A DNA stretch of 63,056 nucleotides, filler included, from Octopus bimaculoides (lineage: Eukaryota): NCBI RefSeq assembly GCF_001194135.2. It is 6 parts of 5 records of this genome, joined end to end, with 100 filler letters (N's around TTAATTAATTAA, not from the genome) between each part and the next. Parts side by side here need not be neighbours in the genome. Positions count along the whole stretch, not along the records: positions 1 to 19,346 come from NC_068983.1; 5 more parts are not named here. One strand, given 5' to 3'. Below are positions 1 to 11,810 of the stretch, piece by piece. Within the stretch, counting starts at the first letter, position 1. Each line of letters opens with the position of its first letter. The translations under genes were made by a program, and so were the position numbers. The notes below the pieces were generated by a model that had not been told where the DNA came from, made no database searches, and was given only the letters and a program-made list of their open reading frames with translations.

Positions 1-1403
1 TATGTATGTATATATGCACAGTTTGAAATTTGAATGCTTGTACTTCATTGTGCCATTTGCTAAAACTTTTGCTGATAGAAATCACTTCTATTATTATAAT
101 CACCTTTTAAATTTAATAATTGATGGGAAATATTTGTAACTAATTATTATGGCCAGGGGTAAAGATATAAGGCATAATTAAATATAAGGAATAATTATGT
201 TTATGTAAATGTATTTGCCTTGAAGTGTGATCATGTTTTATCGTTCTTAAATTTGAATTATTTGCATTTTATGTTATTACATGATTCTGAAATTAGAATG
301 GTTTAAAGTAAGTGAACAGATTTCACATACAGACAGACAACATTTGAGGCTTTTAGTAACAGAGTGTCATGAGCGCCACCCTGGCCATTTTCGTGGTTAG
401 TATGTCATTTTCTTTGTTTTGACGTCTAAAATACGAAAACGTTGGGAGGAAGAACTGGTGAGGCTTGCAATAACGTAAAAAAATCTGGCTGAAAAAAATG
501 TACCTCGATGCTGTTGTCACGACACTTGCTGATCCAAATTCAGACCAGAAAGTTTCGTAACACACCATCGGAAGCATACACGCTCAGTTAATAACTTTGG
601 CGTGGTCCCTGTATTGTTTTTCAAGGTGTTACGGCTCATTTTCTTATAATTCTCGTTACCATTGTAGCGATAATGGCCAATTATCTTACTATCTTGTCTT
701 ACGTACCTCTTAAAGATACTTACCTTGGTATATTAAAACACAAACAATACCTTTAGGTGGGGTCTCTGTATGTTTTTTCTAAGTATTATGGCTAAAATAT
801 GCAATGCGATACACCGTTTCGTATTACTGGTATATTCTACAAAATGAGCAAGACACAGTCATTGTTTCATCTTTCAGATGAATACATAAATAAATAATTT
901 TACATAGGTAAAATGATTAAAGGAGGCCTCCACAGTCATTTAAGACCAAAACCAGCTTCCTAACTTCATTCCTTGCCAAGATATCGCATTCTGAAAGTTG
1001 CAAAACTTTGACTGTGTTTTTCTTGGTTTTTAAGTTGTGGATCTTACAACGGTCTGTTACTAAACGCCTCATTTGAACTACCATGAAATTTCCGATAGTC
1101 TCATTTCCCTAAAGGACATCATATATAAAATAATTATAAAATAATTACGTGGCATTTCTTACTTATTTTTTGCTTGTCTTTTCATACTTCTTTTTTGTTG
1201 AGCTCCTTGCATAGCTATTTCTTGTTAAATTTTTTCATGGGTATAACAAATAAAATGATAACAACTAAATTTTCTGGAATTTGTTGCACAAACCTGCAAA
1301 ATCCTACAGTTTTAAAAGTGAGACGATGCCAGCGTAGATAAATACCTGTAACACTCTCATACTATTTACTGTATTATCTGCTGATGGGGACAACATATAG
1401 GTA

Positions 1404-2705
1404 CAGGGTTTGGATAACATAATGGAAACACCTAGGATCATAGCATCATAATTTTAAAATATCTATAACACCGTCGAAAGCTTGTTTATTTTTATGTTTT
1501 TTTATTTATTATTAGTGTTGCTTAATATGTTTTGCTAAAATTGCTTTTTATTGCTAAATTGCTAAAATTTCGTTTCAGATATCATCAGAAAAAGGTAATT
1601 ATAATTCATTAAAATAACAGATCTATCAGACTTTCAAAGAGGTCAAATTGTTGGTGCATATATGTCAGGCACTAGTGCAATGAAAACAATCGAAATGTTT
1701 GGTGTATCAAGAAGTACTGTCTCGAAAGTAATGACAGCCATTGAGAAAGAGGGAAAAACCTCCTCGTCGAAAACAAAACTCCAGAAGAAAACCCAAACTT
1801 TCAGAAAGGGACTTTCGGACTGTTACGTGAATTGTCAGAAAGGATCACTAAAGTACAGCTCTCAAAATTACTGCAGAGCCTAATGATCACCTCAAGAGCC
1901 CAGTTTCCACAAAAACTGTTCCCCGGGAGCTGAACAAAGCCGGATTTCATGGGAGGGCTGCAATCAGAAAACAACTACTTTCAAAAACAAATGTTGCAAA
2001 GCATTTAGAGTGGAGTAAAAACCTACACAATTGGTCCCTAGAGCAATGGAAGAATGCTTTTTCTCAGATGAGTCATCCTTTACCTTATTTCTGACCACCA
2101 GCTGAGTATACATGTGGAGACAGCCAAAAGAAGCATTTCACCCAGACTGCCTTTCTTCCAACTGTTAAACATGGAGGAGGATCTCTGATGATCTGGGGGT
2201 GCTATATCTTGGAAATCTGCTGGCCCAATAGTTTCCCTTCATGGCAGAATTAATAGTCAAGACTATTTAAGCATTTAATTTGATCAAATTCATCCTATGT
2301 TTGTGGGACGGTTTCCAGAGGGAAACGCAATCTTTCAGGAAGATAATGCAGCAATTCACACATCTAAAGTTGTTACTGAATGGCACGAGGAACATTCTAA
2401 TGAAGTTGAACATCTTATCAGGCCACTACAGTCACCAGATCTCAATATTATTGAACATTTATGGTACATTTAAAAAAAAGAATACAAGTAAGGAGTTGAT
2501 ATCCTCCACCATCATCACTTCAAGAACTGGAGATTGTTTTAGCTGAAGAATGGACAAAAATTTCTTTTGGAAACAATTCAAACTTTGTAACAGTCCATAC
2601 CTCAAAGAATTCAAGCTGTAATTACTGCCAAAGGTGGTCCTATCTCATATTAAAATAAATTTGTTCGAAAATTTAAGGTGTTTACATTATTTTGTCCAAC
2701 CCCTG
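1404..2705 (+). mobile_element. Full-length Tc1/mariner DNA transposon (1302 bp), DD36E, decayed
   Basis: TA at 1402-1403 and 2706-2707 (TSD). Left TIR CAGGGTTTGGATAACATAATGGAAACACC (1404-1432) matches the reverse complement of 2677-2705 at 25/29. Internal transposase remnant. Confidence 0.95.
1614..2653 (+). pseudogene. Tc1-like transposase pseudogene (HTH + DDE), frameshifts and stops
   Basis: Start appears mutated (ATA ACA GAT, then DLSDFQRGQIVGA...FGVSRSTVSKV). D1 in FSDES (2067-2069), D2 in FQEDNAAIH (2342-2344), E in SPDLNIIEHLW (2453-2455). Ends RIQAVITAKGGPISY* (TAA 2651-2653). Confidence 0.93.
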
Positions 2706-3639
2706 TATGTACAACTTTACAGAATCATTTCCGCTAAAAACTTGATATTTTGTCTATTGATACATTATATAGAATACATATGTTTATTTTGAACTACTTA
2801 CCTATTTATGAGATTTTTTTCTAAAATATGTAGTTTTAATTTTGTTAGGCTTTTTGCATAGATATTACACGTAGAATGACATTTATTAAGTATTCTGTAG
2901 AATTCAGTTTATCCAGGTTTGATTCTTGTAGTTTATTAAAATAGAAATTTTCCAAGCTTAATCCAGTATCCTTACGTTGCATGTGGTAAGTGCGAGATGG
3001 GCTGGAGATATGATAAGATAGTTAACGTGCAATATATTTAAAATTTTTCATTTCTCAGCATTTCCTGTTACTAACCATTCAACCATACATCAAAATTGGC
3101 TGGAACGCATTTTAAAGCATCAGTCAAGTACGCTAAAGAACGCACAGTTAACAGCTTTGCTCGGAGCTACAACATGATAACTTCTCTAGCTCATGACCTT
3201 TGCGTTTGGCAATGATTTAGTTATCCGTAGTCTGTTCATTATTTAATATTTTGTGCCTAAGGAAATCTGTTGAGGTATAAAACACTTTGAAGCGGTAGTA
3301 GAGAAGTTTAACTTTGTTCACTTCAAGAACATATGACACAGGAAACGTGTGTGTGTGTATGTGTGTGTGTGTGTGTACATACATATATAGGTGTGTGTGT
3401 GTACAAAATGTAAGTAATAGCAAAAATTCCATCAACATTCAATTCTCAAGGAAGTTTCATACTTTAGGACTATTTCCTTCATATTCCGAAATGAAAGTTT
3501 TCTCGGTGACTTCATTGTAAATGAGTGAGAGTTGGTGACAGGAGGAGCACCCAGCTGTAGAATATCTGTATGTGTGAGTATGTCTATGTATGTATATATG
3601 CATGTATGTATGTGTGTGTATGTATGTAGGTATGTATAT

Positions 3640-4210
3640 CATTATTTCAAGATTTCTTGCCAACAGAGAAAGAACGGTTTCTAACCTAGATCCAAGGTTC
3701 CTTCATTGGAATTTCAACATCAGCAACAGGGTATTTTTGTATGTATGTATGTATGTATGTATACATGCAGATGTATATGCTTTGCTTTACGTTTGTATTC
3801 TCCTGCATAGAGTTTCATATTTAGACATGCTCATATATATTCAAATTATAAACTTCTGGAAATATTTACAGATTTTTACAGTTCTTCAAATTAGCTCTCT
3901 CCTTTCTGGTTTTGAGAAGCCAAATTTCCCAAGATTGGTGTTTAGGCAGTGTGTTACATATCCCAGGGTCTCATGCATGTATGTGCATATGTTATTATTC
4001 GGTTTATTTCAAGATTTCTTGCCAATAGAGAATGAATCGGTTTCTAACCTAGATCCAAACTTCCTTCACTGGAATTTCAACATCAACAACAGGGTATTTT
4101 TGTTTTGCATGTATGTATGTATGTATGTATGTATGTATGTATGTATGTATGTGTAAATTTGTATGTTTTATGTATGTATTCTCATGCATATAGTTACATA
4201 TCTAGTATGT
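3640..4210 (-). mobile_element. Two tandem 3' fragments of a (CATA)n-tailed retroposon-like repeat
   Basis: Block TCAAGATTTCTTGCCAA-AGAGAA...TTTCTAACCTAGAT...GGAATTTCAACA at 3647 and ~4010, embedded in (ATGT)n. A homologous ~370-bp copy lies at 54640-55020. Confidence 0.7.
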
Positions 4211-4695
4211 GTGTATGTATGTATGCATTGTATTGTATTGTATTGTATGAATTTCCATCTCTATTTCAAAGAATAAAGAACATATTTTCTCTAGCAGTTA
4301 TAGGTTTTACATCTTGATTCATTCTTTGTTATTTCTTCCTCTTTTTCATGCCATTCAATTTCGAGAGTTCCTTTCACTCTTACGCAATTTTCCCAAGTTA
4401 AATTCTTTTTGTGTCATGCAGATAACAACATCAGAATGTGTTATAACCCTGAAGACTTAGAGGTCAACATGACCTAAGAAAGAAAGAGTGAACTTGGAAG
4501 GCAGAAAGGAAAGTGTGGCTAGTTACTGTATTGACATTGTATGAGGTTTAAATCGCTTCACTGGCTACAGTATCCTCCATCAAGAATTTGTTTGTTGTAG
4601 ATAAACACATTGTGTGTGTGTATGTCAAAAGTCTGTACGAGAGTCGTAGAAACTATAAACGTAAATGTAATAGGATAATGTGTGCAGATGTATGA

Positions 4696-4733
<38 letters not shown>

Positions 4734-5679
4734 NNNNNNNNNNNNNNNNNNNNNNNNNNNNNNNNNNNNNNNNNNNNNNNNNNNNNNNNNNNNNNNNNNN
4801 NNNNNNNNNNNNNNNNNNNNNNNNNNNNNNNNNNNNNNNNNNNNNNNNNNNNNNNNNNNNNNNNNNNNNNNNNNNNNNNNNNNNNNNNNNNNNNNNNNNN
4901 NNNNNNNNNNNNNNNNNNNNNNNNNNNNNNNNNNNNNNNNNNNNNNNNNNNNNNNNNNNNNNNNNNNNNNNNNNNNNNNNNNNNNNNNNNNNNNNNNNNN
5001 NNNNNNNNNNNNNNNNNNNNNNNNNNNNNNNNNNNNNNNNNNNNNNNNNNNNNNNNNNNNNNNNNNNNNNNNNNNNNNNNNNNNNNNNNNNNNNNNNNNN
5101 NNNNNNNNNNNNNNNNNNNNNNNNNNNNNNNNNNNNNNNNNNNNNNNNNNNNNNNNNNNNNNNNNNNNNNNNNNNNNNNNNNNNNNNNNNNNNNNNNNNN
5201 NNNNNNNNNNNNNNNNNNNNNNNNNNNNNNNNNNNNNNNNNNNNNNNNNNNNNNNNNNNNNNNNNNNNNNNNNNNNNNNNNNNNNNNNNNNNNNNNNNNN
5301 NNNNNNNNNNNNNNNNNNNNNNNNNNNNNNNNNNNNNNNNNNNNNNNNNNNNNNNNNNNNNNNNNNNNNNNNNNNNNNNNNNNNNNNNNNNNNNNNNNNN
5401 NNNNNNNNNNNNNNNNNNNNNNNNNNNNNNNNNNNNNNNNNNNNNNNNNNNNNNNNNNNNNNNNNNNNNNNNNNNNNNNNNNNNNNNNNNNNNNNNNNNN
5501 NNNNNNNNNNNNNNNNNNNNNNNNNNNNNNNNNNNNNNNNNNNNNNNNNNNNNNNNNNNNNNNNNNNNNNNNNNNNNNNNNNNNNNNNNNNNNNNNNNNN
5601 NNNNNNNNNNNNNNNNNNNNNNNNNNNNNNNNNNNNNNNNNNNNNNNNNNNNNNNNNNNNNNNNNNNNNNNNNNNNNNN

Positions 5680-5680
<1 letters not shown>
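4734..5680. other. Assembly gap (N run) flanked by (TA)n
   Basis: N run. Similar gaps at 13466-13680, 17428-17658, 20198-20288, 25782-25841, 32450-32524, 43826-44004, 46439-46855, 51158-52117, 53519-53673, 56703-56855, 59286-59655, plus several ~10-N gaps. Confidence 0.99.
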
Positions 5681-5751
<71 letters not shown>

Positions 5752-5951
5752 TGTATATTTGACATGTATGTGTACATGAATGCCTGTAATGTATGAATGA
5801 ATAACTATATTCAGACATACAGCATACACATAGACACCAGCAAATATAAACGGTACACACTCACACACATGCAACATGAATGCGGCTGTGTATTTCTATA
5901 TATATATGTGTGTGTGTGTGTGCATGTTTCTATCTTTGTAATTACATATAC

Positions 5952-6006
<55 letters not shown>

Positions 6007-7083
6007 TATATATATATACACACATATATGAATATGTACATATAATGTGTTAAAGTGTATTTCATAGAATTTTAATTGTTACTCTGAGTATCATAGCCAA
6101 CTGGTCGATTAATTAGCGAATCTCTAAACAACAATGACTTGGCCATCGATCTTATCCGAAAACAAACAGGGATACTTTATCGAAATATAATGATTTTCTG
6201 GCATACATAATTACTCCAATATCATTATCATTGATAACGCAATGTTGCCTGCTGAATTCCAGTGAATTAGCAGAGGAATTTGAAATAGGAGGATAGAACT
6301 CAACAATGTCTAGTTGAGTACACTATCAGCTAATATTATTCATCATGCTAATGTTAAATTAACTAACCGAAATATATTATTATTTTTATTACAGGTTAAA
6401 GGTAACAGCATGCCTGATAATGACAGTCTTCTCTGCATGTTACGAAACACAACGGATGTTTAGGTTAGAGATATTGAAAACACAAACACTCATATATTTA
6501 CATATTGGAGTTTATTTCATCTTCTAATGTATTTTGGAACTAAATCAAATGTCTCATCGTAGAATTATTGTAACCATATAAAGCAGGCACGCTCTGATTT
6601 ATGCAATTTTAATATATTAATTCTTGTTATTAATAATTCATAATATCCTGTAGCTTTTTAGGAGATTCATGTGCAATATTTTCATACTAATGTCATCAAA
6701 TGAATAATTATGTAATATCTTTGAGATATTCTATAGTGGAGTGTCTCACTAGTTTTAACATCAGTCATCTAATTGAATCCAGGTTCATTTCAAGTTTCAA
6801 TTTCGAAGCTGTAAATAACAGATAGAGGCAGCATGTTAAACAAATGATATACAGAATCTGCCTCCAAATAGATTTTCTTGCTAATGTTACATTACATTGG
6901 TAGTTATAATTCCCATTGAAAAATTATATATCAGAATAAGTTTGCCCATATTAAGTTCCATGACAAGCCCAAGACATGATTGGATTTTTGAGATCAAAAA
7001 TTAATGAAAAAGGACAGAAAAATCTGTTTTTCATTCATCTATTCCTTTAGACTCACATGCCTGAAGGAATTCGCAGTGATCAC

Positions 7084-7600
7084 TGGCATTCCTTTACTTA
7101 TGATGACAATTGTTCCAGCTGATCGTGGAGCTCCGTCGGCTACAACGACGAGGGTTCCAGTTGATCAGATCAACGGAACAACCAGTTCTTGAAATTAACG
7201 TGCAAGTGGCTGAGCACTCCATAGACATGTGTACCCTTAACGTAGTTCTCGAGGAGATTCAGCATGACACAGAGTGTGACAAGGCTGACCCCTTTGAAAT
7301 ACAGGTAAAACAGAAATAGGAAGAAAGAGTGAGAGAAAGTTGGGGTGAAAGAGTACAGCAGGGTTCGCCACCATCCCAACGCTGGAGCCTCATGGAACGT
7401 TAGGTGTTTTCGCTCAATAAACATTCACAACACCCGCTCTGGAAATCGAAACTGTGATTCTACGACCACGAGTCCGCTGCCCTAACCACCAGGCCATTGC
7501 ACCTCCTCCAGCTGATACGATCAACGGAACAGCCTGCACGTGAAATTAACATGCAGGTGGCTGAGCACTTCATAGACATGCGTACCCTTAACGTATTCAG
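7084..7600 (-). mobile_element. tRNA-derived SINE (family A), full copy nested in an older copy of the same family
   Basis: 7124-7506 is the reverse complement of the SINE at 20441-20810. It is flanked by the direct repeat TCCAGCTGAT (7114-7123, 7507-7516). Flanks 7084-7113 and 7517-7600 are 3'-part sequence of the same family. Confidence 0.85.
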
Positions 7601-8867
7601 GAAAATATTTGAGAGTCTATGAAGTGTAATGTATGGAAGGGATAATTCATGACTAGATTTATATAAACAGCGCCATCTATATATTACAAAACGTACATTA
7701 GAAAACACATGCTAATAGAAGTTTTGTCTGTTAAAAGGAATTCTAATGCATACAGAATAACAGAAAAGTTATATATTCTAACGTTTTCAGTAAATTTATA
7801 CACAAGAGAAATAATATCTTCTAGACATCTGTAATCTTCATTTCCCAGTTGAGCCAAGTTTCTAGAATAACAACAGATTATTGTATGAGTTAACTGTTAT
7901 GGTTTTAATATAGACAGCATATTTGCTGATTAACCCCAGCTACTCCTTAATGGCACAAACCTATAATCAAAGCCTTTGAATCTTGGTCACGTCATATTTA
8001 CAGAATACAGCAATCACAGTCTTCTGCCCATAAAGATGCACTTTTCGATAGAGGTTAGTCATGGTATATAATATTTAAAAATCTCTTAATATTAGTATAG
8101 ATATTTATGATAGCGTTGAAGTGTAGGTCAAAATTTGAAATATCAAATATATTTGACTATGTAGGGAAAATGGGTTGGCGCTCTCGCACTATTCAGTGGC
8201 TATTTATTAAATGAACTTAGAATATATCTAATATATTCAATGATTTCAGTCTTAAAATTACAGTTTCAATGAATATATTTCGACGTAACTCTTTTACTAA
8301 TGCTGAGGTAGTTACAGATCCTATAGCAAGCCAAATGAAAGCATCTTGTATTTCACAAGAAATCTATTGGATTTACAATGTAACCGGTTATTATATAAGG
8401 AAAATATTTTTCCATGTATTGTCAGACAAATTATATTCATTAAAGTAACACTGTGATATGAGAGCGTGCAAGAAAAAGGAGATTGAGAGATAAAACCCAG
8501 TTTATATTTAAGCAACTTCAATATTTTAACAAGACTAGATAGCTTAATACAATTTCATTTAATGGGTTTAAATGTCAAATGTAATATAGCTAGAAATATT
8601 TATGCAAATCACTGTTTGTCATTGGAGCCTTATTCCAATGACCGTCAATTATATAAACTAAGAGTAAAAGAATTAAATAATACGTTCCAGGATTTTACTC
8701 TTAGAATTACGGGATCTATGAATATGTCTATAATTAACGGGTACAGTAGAAGTAACTCTGTCATTTACAAAGCCGTTACTTTCTCTAAGATCTATGGTGT
8801 AATAGTGGGTAACATTTGGAATTGTTGCCTGATTCATGCTTTGTTTTTCTGGAATGAAGATTTAGAA

Positions 8868-9232
8868 GCACCATTCGAACGTGATTGTTGCCAGGGCCGG
8901 TGACAGGCTCCCGTGCCGGTGGCACATAAAAAAAGCACCATTTGAGCGTGGTTGTTGCCAATGCTGCCAGACTGGCTCCTGTGCAGGTGGCATGTAAAAA
9001 GCACCTTTTGAGCATGGCCAATGCCAGTACTGCCTGACTGGCCCTCGTGCTGGTGGCACGTAAAAGCACCGACTACACTCTCGAAGTGGTTGGCGTTAGG
9101 AAGGGCATCCAACTGTAGAAACTTTACCAGATCAGATTGGAGCCGGTGCAGCCTTCTGGCTCGCCAGACCTCAGTCAAACCGTCTAACCCATGCCATCAT
9201 GGAAAGCGGACATTAAAAGATGATCATGACTA
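8868..9232 (+). mobile_element. RTE LINE 3'-end fragment (family D tail)
   Basis: Internal GCACC...GTGGCACGTAAAAGCACC units, GGTTGGCGTTAGGAAGGGCATCCA motif, ends ATGGAAAGCGGACATTAAAAGATGAT. The same tail caps the RTE copies at 34060 and 35985. Confidence 0.8.
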
Positions 9233-9862
9233 CAGGCCCTCTTAAGTTGTGTACAGTTGTTTAACGCTGGAAGTTCCTATGGTCAGCATAAAACATGGAC
9301 ATGTTGAATTATAGCAAACCTCCGACAAAATGAAGGATTCTAGTAACTGGTGACTCTGAAACACAGGAAAATATGTACAAAATTTTCTGCATGTGCTATG
9401 AGCTTTATTTTACAAAATAATAACAGGACTATTTCAGTCGAGTCAATAATTGTAATTTGCAAATAGCAGATATTTTATTGTATATCAAACATTCACAATG
9501 GGAAGTCAGTTCAGTTGATTTCAATAGCAAGATTCATCTGTTTCAAGAATAGCAAGATTCATCTGTTTACTTCCTGTTTAATATTTACTGATCTGGTCAC
9601 ACCCCGGTTGAAACGTTTACTGGCATGTTGTCCCTCTTTACGGCCTGACTTCAAATTTTACCGAGGTCTATAAAATAAGTACCAATTGAGAACTGCGGTG
9701 ATTGTTATTGACTTCACCACTTCTTCAGAATTGTTGGGCTGTTCTAGAATATGAAACCAATGTTTACAATACTGCTTCCACTTGATATCTAGAATAACAT
9801 GTGACTTTTGCCTACATTTTAGTTTATACTATAGATAATTACTAGTCATAACTTTTCTAGGC

Positions 9863-9911
<49 letters not shown>

Positions 9912-10139
9912 TGTATTTTTCTTCATTGACATGCTAAACAGATAAAGTGCAAAATCTAATCGAAATATTTACTAAATATTATCTTCGTTACTGAACGCTT
10001 GTGATTTTAAATATAAAATTTGATTGACTTATTATCAAAGAGATTGTCTGAAGATAACGTTTTCTTTTTGCTGGCGTGAAACTTGTTGTAAAAGTCAACT
10101 TCAATATCATCATCATCGTCGTCGTCGTCATCATTATTA

Positions 10140-10400
10140 CTGTCATCATTTAACATTTGTTTTCCATGCTGCTTGGATAGTTTGACAGGAGCTGGCAAAC
10201 TGGGGAGCTGCACCAGGCTCCATTTTTCTGTTTTGGCATGGGGTCTCTACGGATCGATGCCCTTCTTAACGCCAACCACTTTACAGAGTGTATTGAGTGC
10301 CTTTTATATGAAACTAGCAGGGGAGCTTTTTACGAGCTGCAAAAACACAAGTGGGCTTTTTACGGGGCACCAGTATGGGTGCTTTTTACGTGGTGCCTGT
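10140..10400 (-). mobile_element. RTE LINE 3'-end fragment (family D tail), diverged
   Basis: TTTAACATT...TTTCCATGCT...CTGCACCAGGCTCC...GATGCCCTTCTTAACGCCAACCACT, preceded on + by (ATC)n. Confidence 0.7.
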
Positions 10401-10409
10401 ACATACATG

Positions 10410-10428
10410 AATAATAATAATAATAATG

Positions 10429-10483
<55 letters not shown>
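10410..10483. repeat. (AAT)n microsatellite
   Basis: Near-perfect AAT run. Confidence 0.98.
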
Positions 10484-10485
<2 letters not shown>

Positions 10486-10680
10486 GAATGTTTTGACCAG
10501 ATCCCTGGGAAACCAACAATCTATGAGACTCAAAAAAACTGTGCTGATATCAACTGCCCCCATTACCAGGAAGTTTCTCTCCATCCAGTATATGCGTACC
10601 TTAGGTCTCTGATTAAGACCCAGTCAGAAAATGAAATAAAATGCAAATCAATTGGATAATAATAATAAAAATAATAATGA
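10483..10680 (+). mobile_element. R4/Dong-like non-LTR retrotransposon extreme 3' end with (TAA)n tail
   Basis: Translates (one frameshift) ECFDQIPGKPTIYETQK/TVLIST-PITRKFLSI, similar to the 10877 fragment. Short 3' UTR, then TAATAATAAT. Confidence 0.65.
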
Positions 10681-10683
10681 GAG

Positions 10684-10875
10684 GAAGAAGAAGAAGAAGA
10701 AGAAGAAGAAGAAGAAGAAGAAGAAGAAGAAGAAGAAGAAGAAGAAGAAGAAGAAGAAGAAGAAGAAGAAGGAGGAGGAGGAGGAGGAGGAGGAGGAGAA
10801 GAAGAAGAAGAAGAAGAAGAAGAAGAAGAAGAAGAAGAAGAAGAAGAAGAAGAAGAAGAAGAAGAAGAAGAAAAA
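10684..10875. repeat. (GAA)n-(GAG)n-(GAA)n polypurine microsatellite
   Basis: About 190 bp of GAA with a short internal GAG run. Confidence 0.98.
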
Positions 10876-10876
10876 G

Positions 10877-11068
10877 AAATATAAGGACCTGGAAATTGAA
10901 ATCCAAAAGAGGTGGCATCTTAAAGCGAGAACTGTTCCAGTTATCATGATAAGAAAGGGATGTCAACAACATCTAGATAATATCCCAGGAGAACCATGTC
11001 TCAGAGAAATCCAAAAGATTGTGTTGACAAGTACTGTCCACATCCTTAGAAAAACCTTATCCATTTAA
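10877..11068 (+). mobile_element. R4/Dong-like non-LTR retrotransposon ORF C-terminus (restriction-like endonuclease region)
   Basis: KYKDLEIEIQKRWHLKARTVPVIMIRKGCQQHLDNIPGEPCLREIQKIVLTSTVHILRKTLSI*. Resembles the KY-DL-IEI--MW...IPG...EIQK..L--TAHILRK-L C-terminus of R4/Dong-clade elements (recalled, not searched). Confidence 0.75.
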
Positions 11069-11274
11069 ATGGTTGTGTTATATTACATGAAGATATTTCG
11101 CTACTGCCCCTGCCACTTTCCCTCTCCAAGCTTTCAGTCATACTGTAACATCACACATAATCTATTGCTTACGTAAAGAAACAAACACCGGTTGTTAAGA
11201 GCAGGGGGAAGAAACACAAAGACAAACACACATATAATCTCACACATACGCACACATATATAAATATATATCAT

Positions 11275-11620
11275 CATCATCATCATCATCATCGTTTAAC
11301 GTTCACTTTCCATGCTAACATGGATTGGACGATTTGACTGGTGACTGGTGAACCAGATGGCTACACCAGGCTCCAGTCTGATCTGGCAGAATTTCTACAG
11401 CTGGATGCCCTTCCTAACGCCAACCACTCCGAGAGTGTAGTGGGTGCCTTTTACGTACCACTGGCACGAGGGCTAGTCAGGCGGTACTGGTAATGGCCAT
11501 GCTCAAACGGTGTTTTTTATGTGCCACCTGCACAGGAGCCAGTCCAGCGGCACTGGCAACGACCTCGCTCGAATCTTTTTTTCACGTGCCACCGGCATAA
11601 GTGCCAGTAAGGCGACACTG
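11275..11620 (-). mobile_element. RTE LINE 3'-end fragment (family D tail)
   Basis: (ATC)n, then CGTTTAACGTTCACTTTCCATGCT...CTGGATGCCCTTCCTAACGCCAACCACTCCGAGAGTGTAGTGGGTGC. Confidence 0.82.
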
Positions 11621-11639
11621 GAATATACATGCATATATA

Positions 11640-11810
11640 CACAACAGACTTCTACACAGTATCCATCTTGCAAATACACTAACAAAGTACTGATCAGTCT
11701 GAGGCCATAGCAAAAAAAAAACACTTTCCCAATGTTTCGCGCAGTGGGAATGAAACCGAAACCATGTGATTACAATTCAAACCTCTTACCTAAACAGCCA
11801 GTCAATAAAT
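11640..11810 (-). mobile_element. SINE family C, 5' part, diverged
   Basis: Reverse complement resembles GGCTGT..GGTAAGA...CACATGGTTTCGGTTTCA.TCCCACTGCG. Confidence 0.6.

Noticed and set aside
4448-4500. Hammerhead-like CTGAAGA-stem-loop-GAAA
   Set aside because: A stem II-like hairpin is present, but there is no convincing stem I or III around an NUH site.
4558-5877. Long ORFs containing X runs (also 13160-13840, 17350-17856, 46312-47047, 51013-52209, 53399-53835, 56549-56991, 59171-59713)
   Set aside because: They are open only because N gaps and (TA)n/(CA)n contain no stops.
8562-8903. 113-aa ORF as a gene
   Set aside because: No recognisable motif, and its 3' end runs into an RTE tail repeat.
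10304-11068. Poly-K/R/E/L/F/N ORFs
   Set aside because: Translations of (GAA)n and (AAT)n. Only the terminal ~64 codons are meaningful, and they are retrotransposon-derived.
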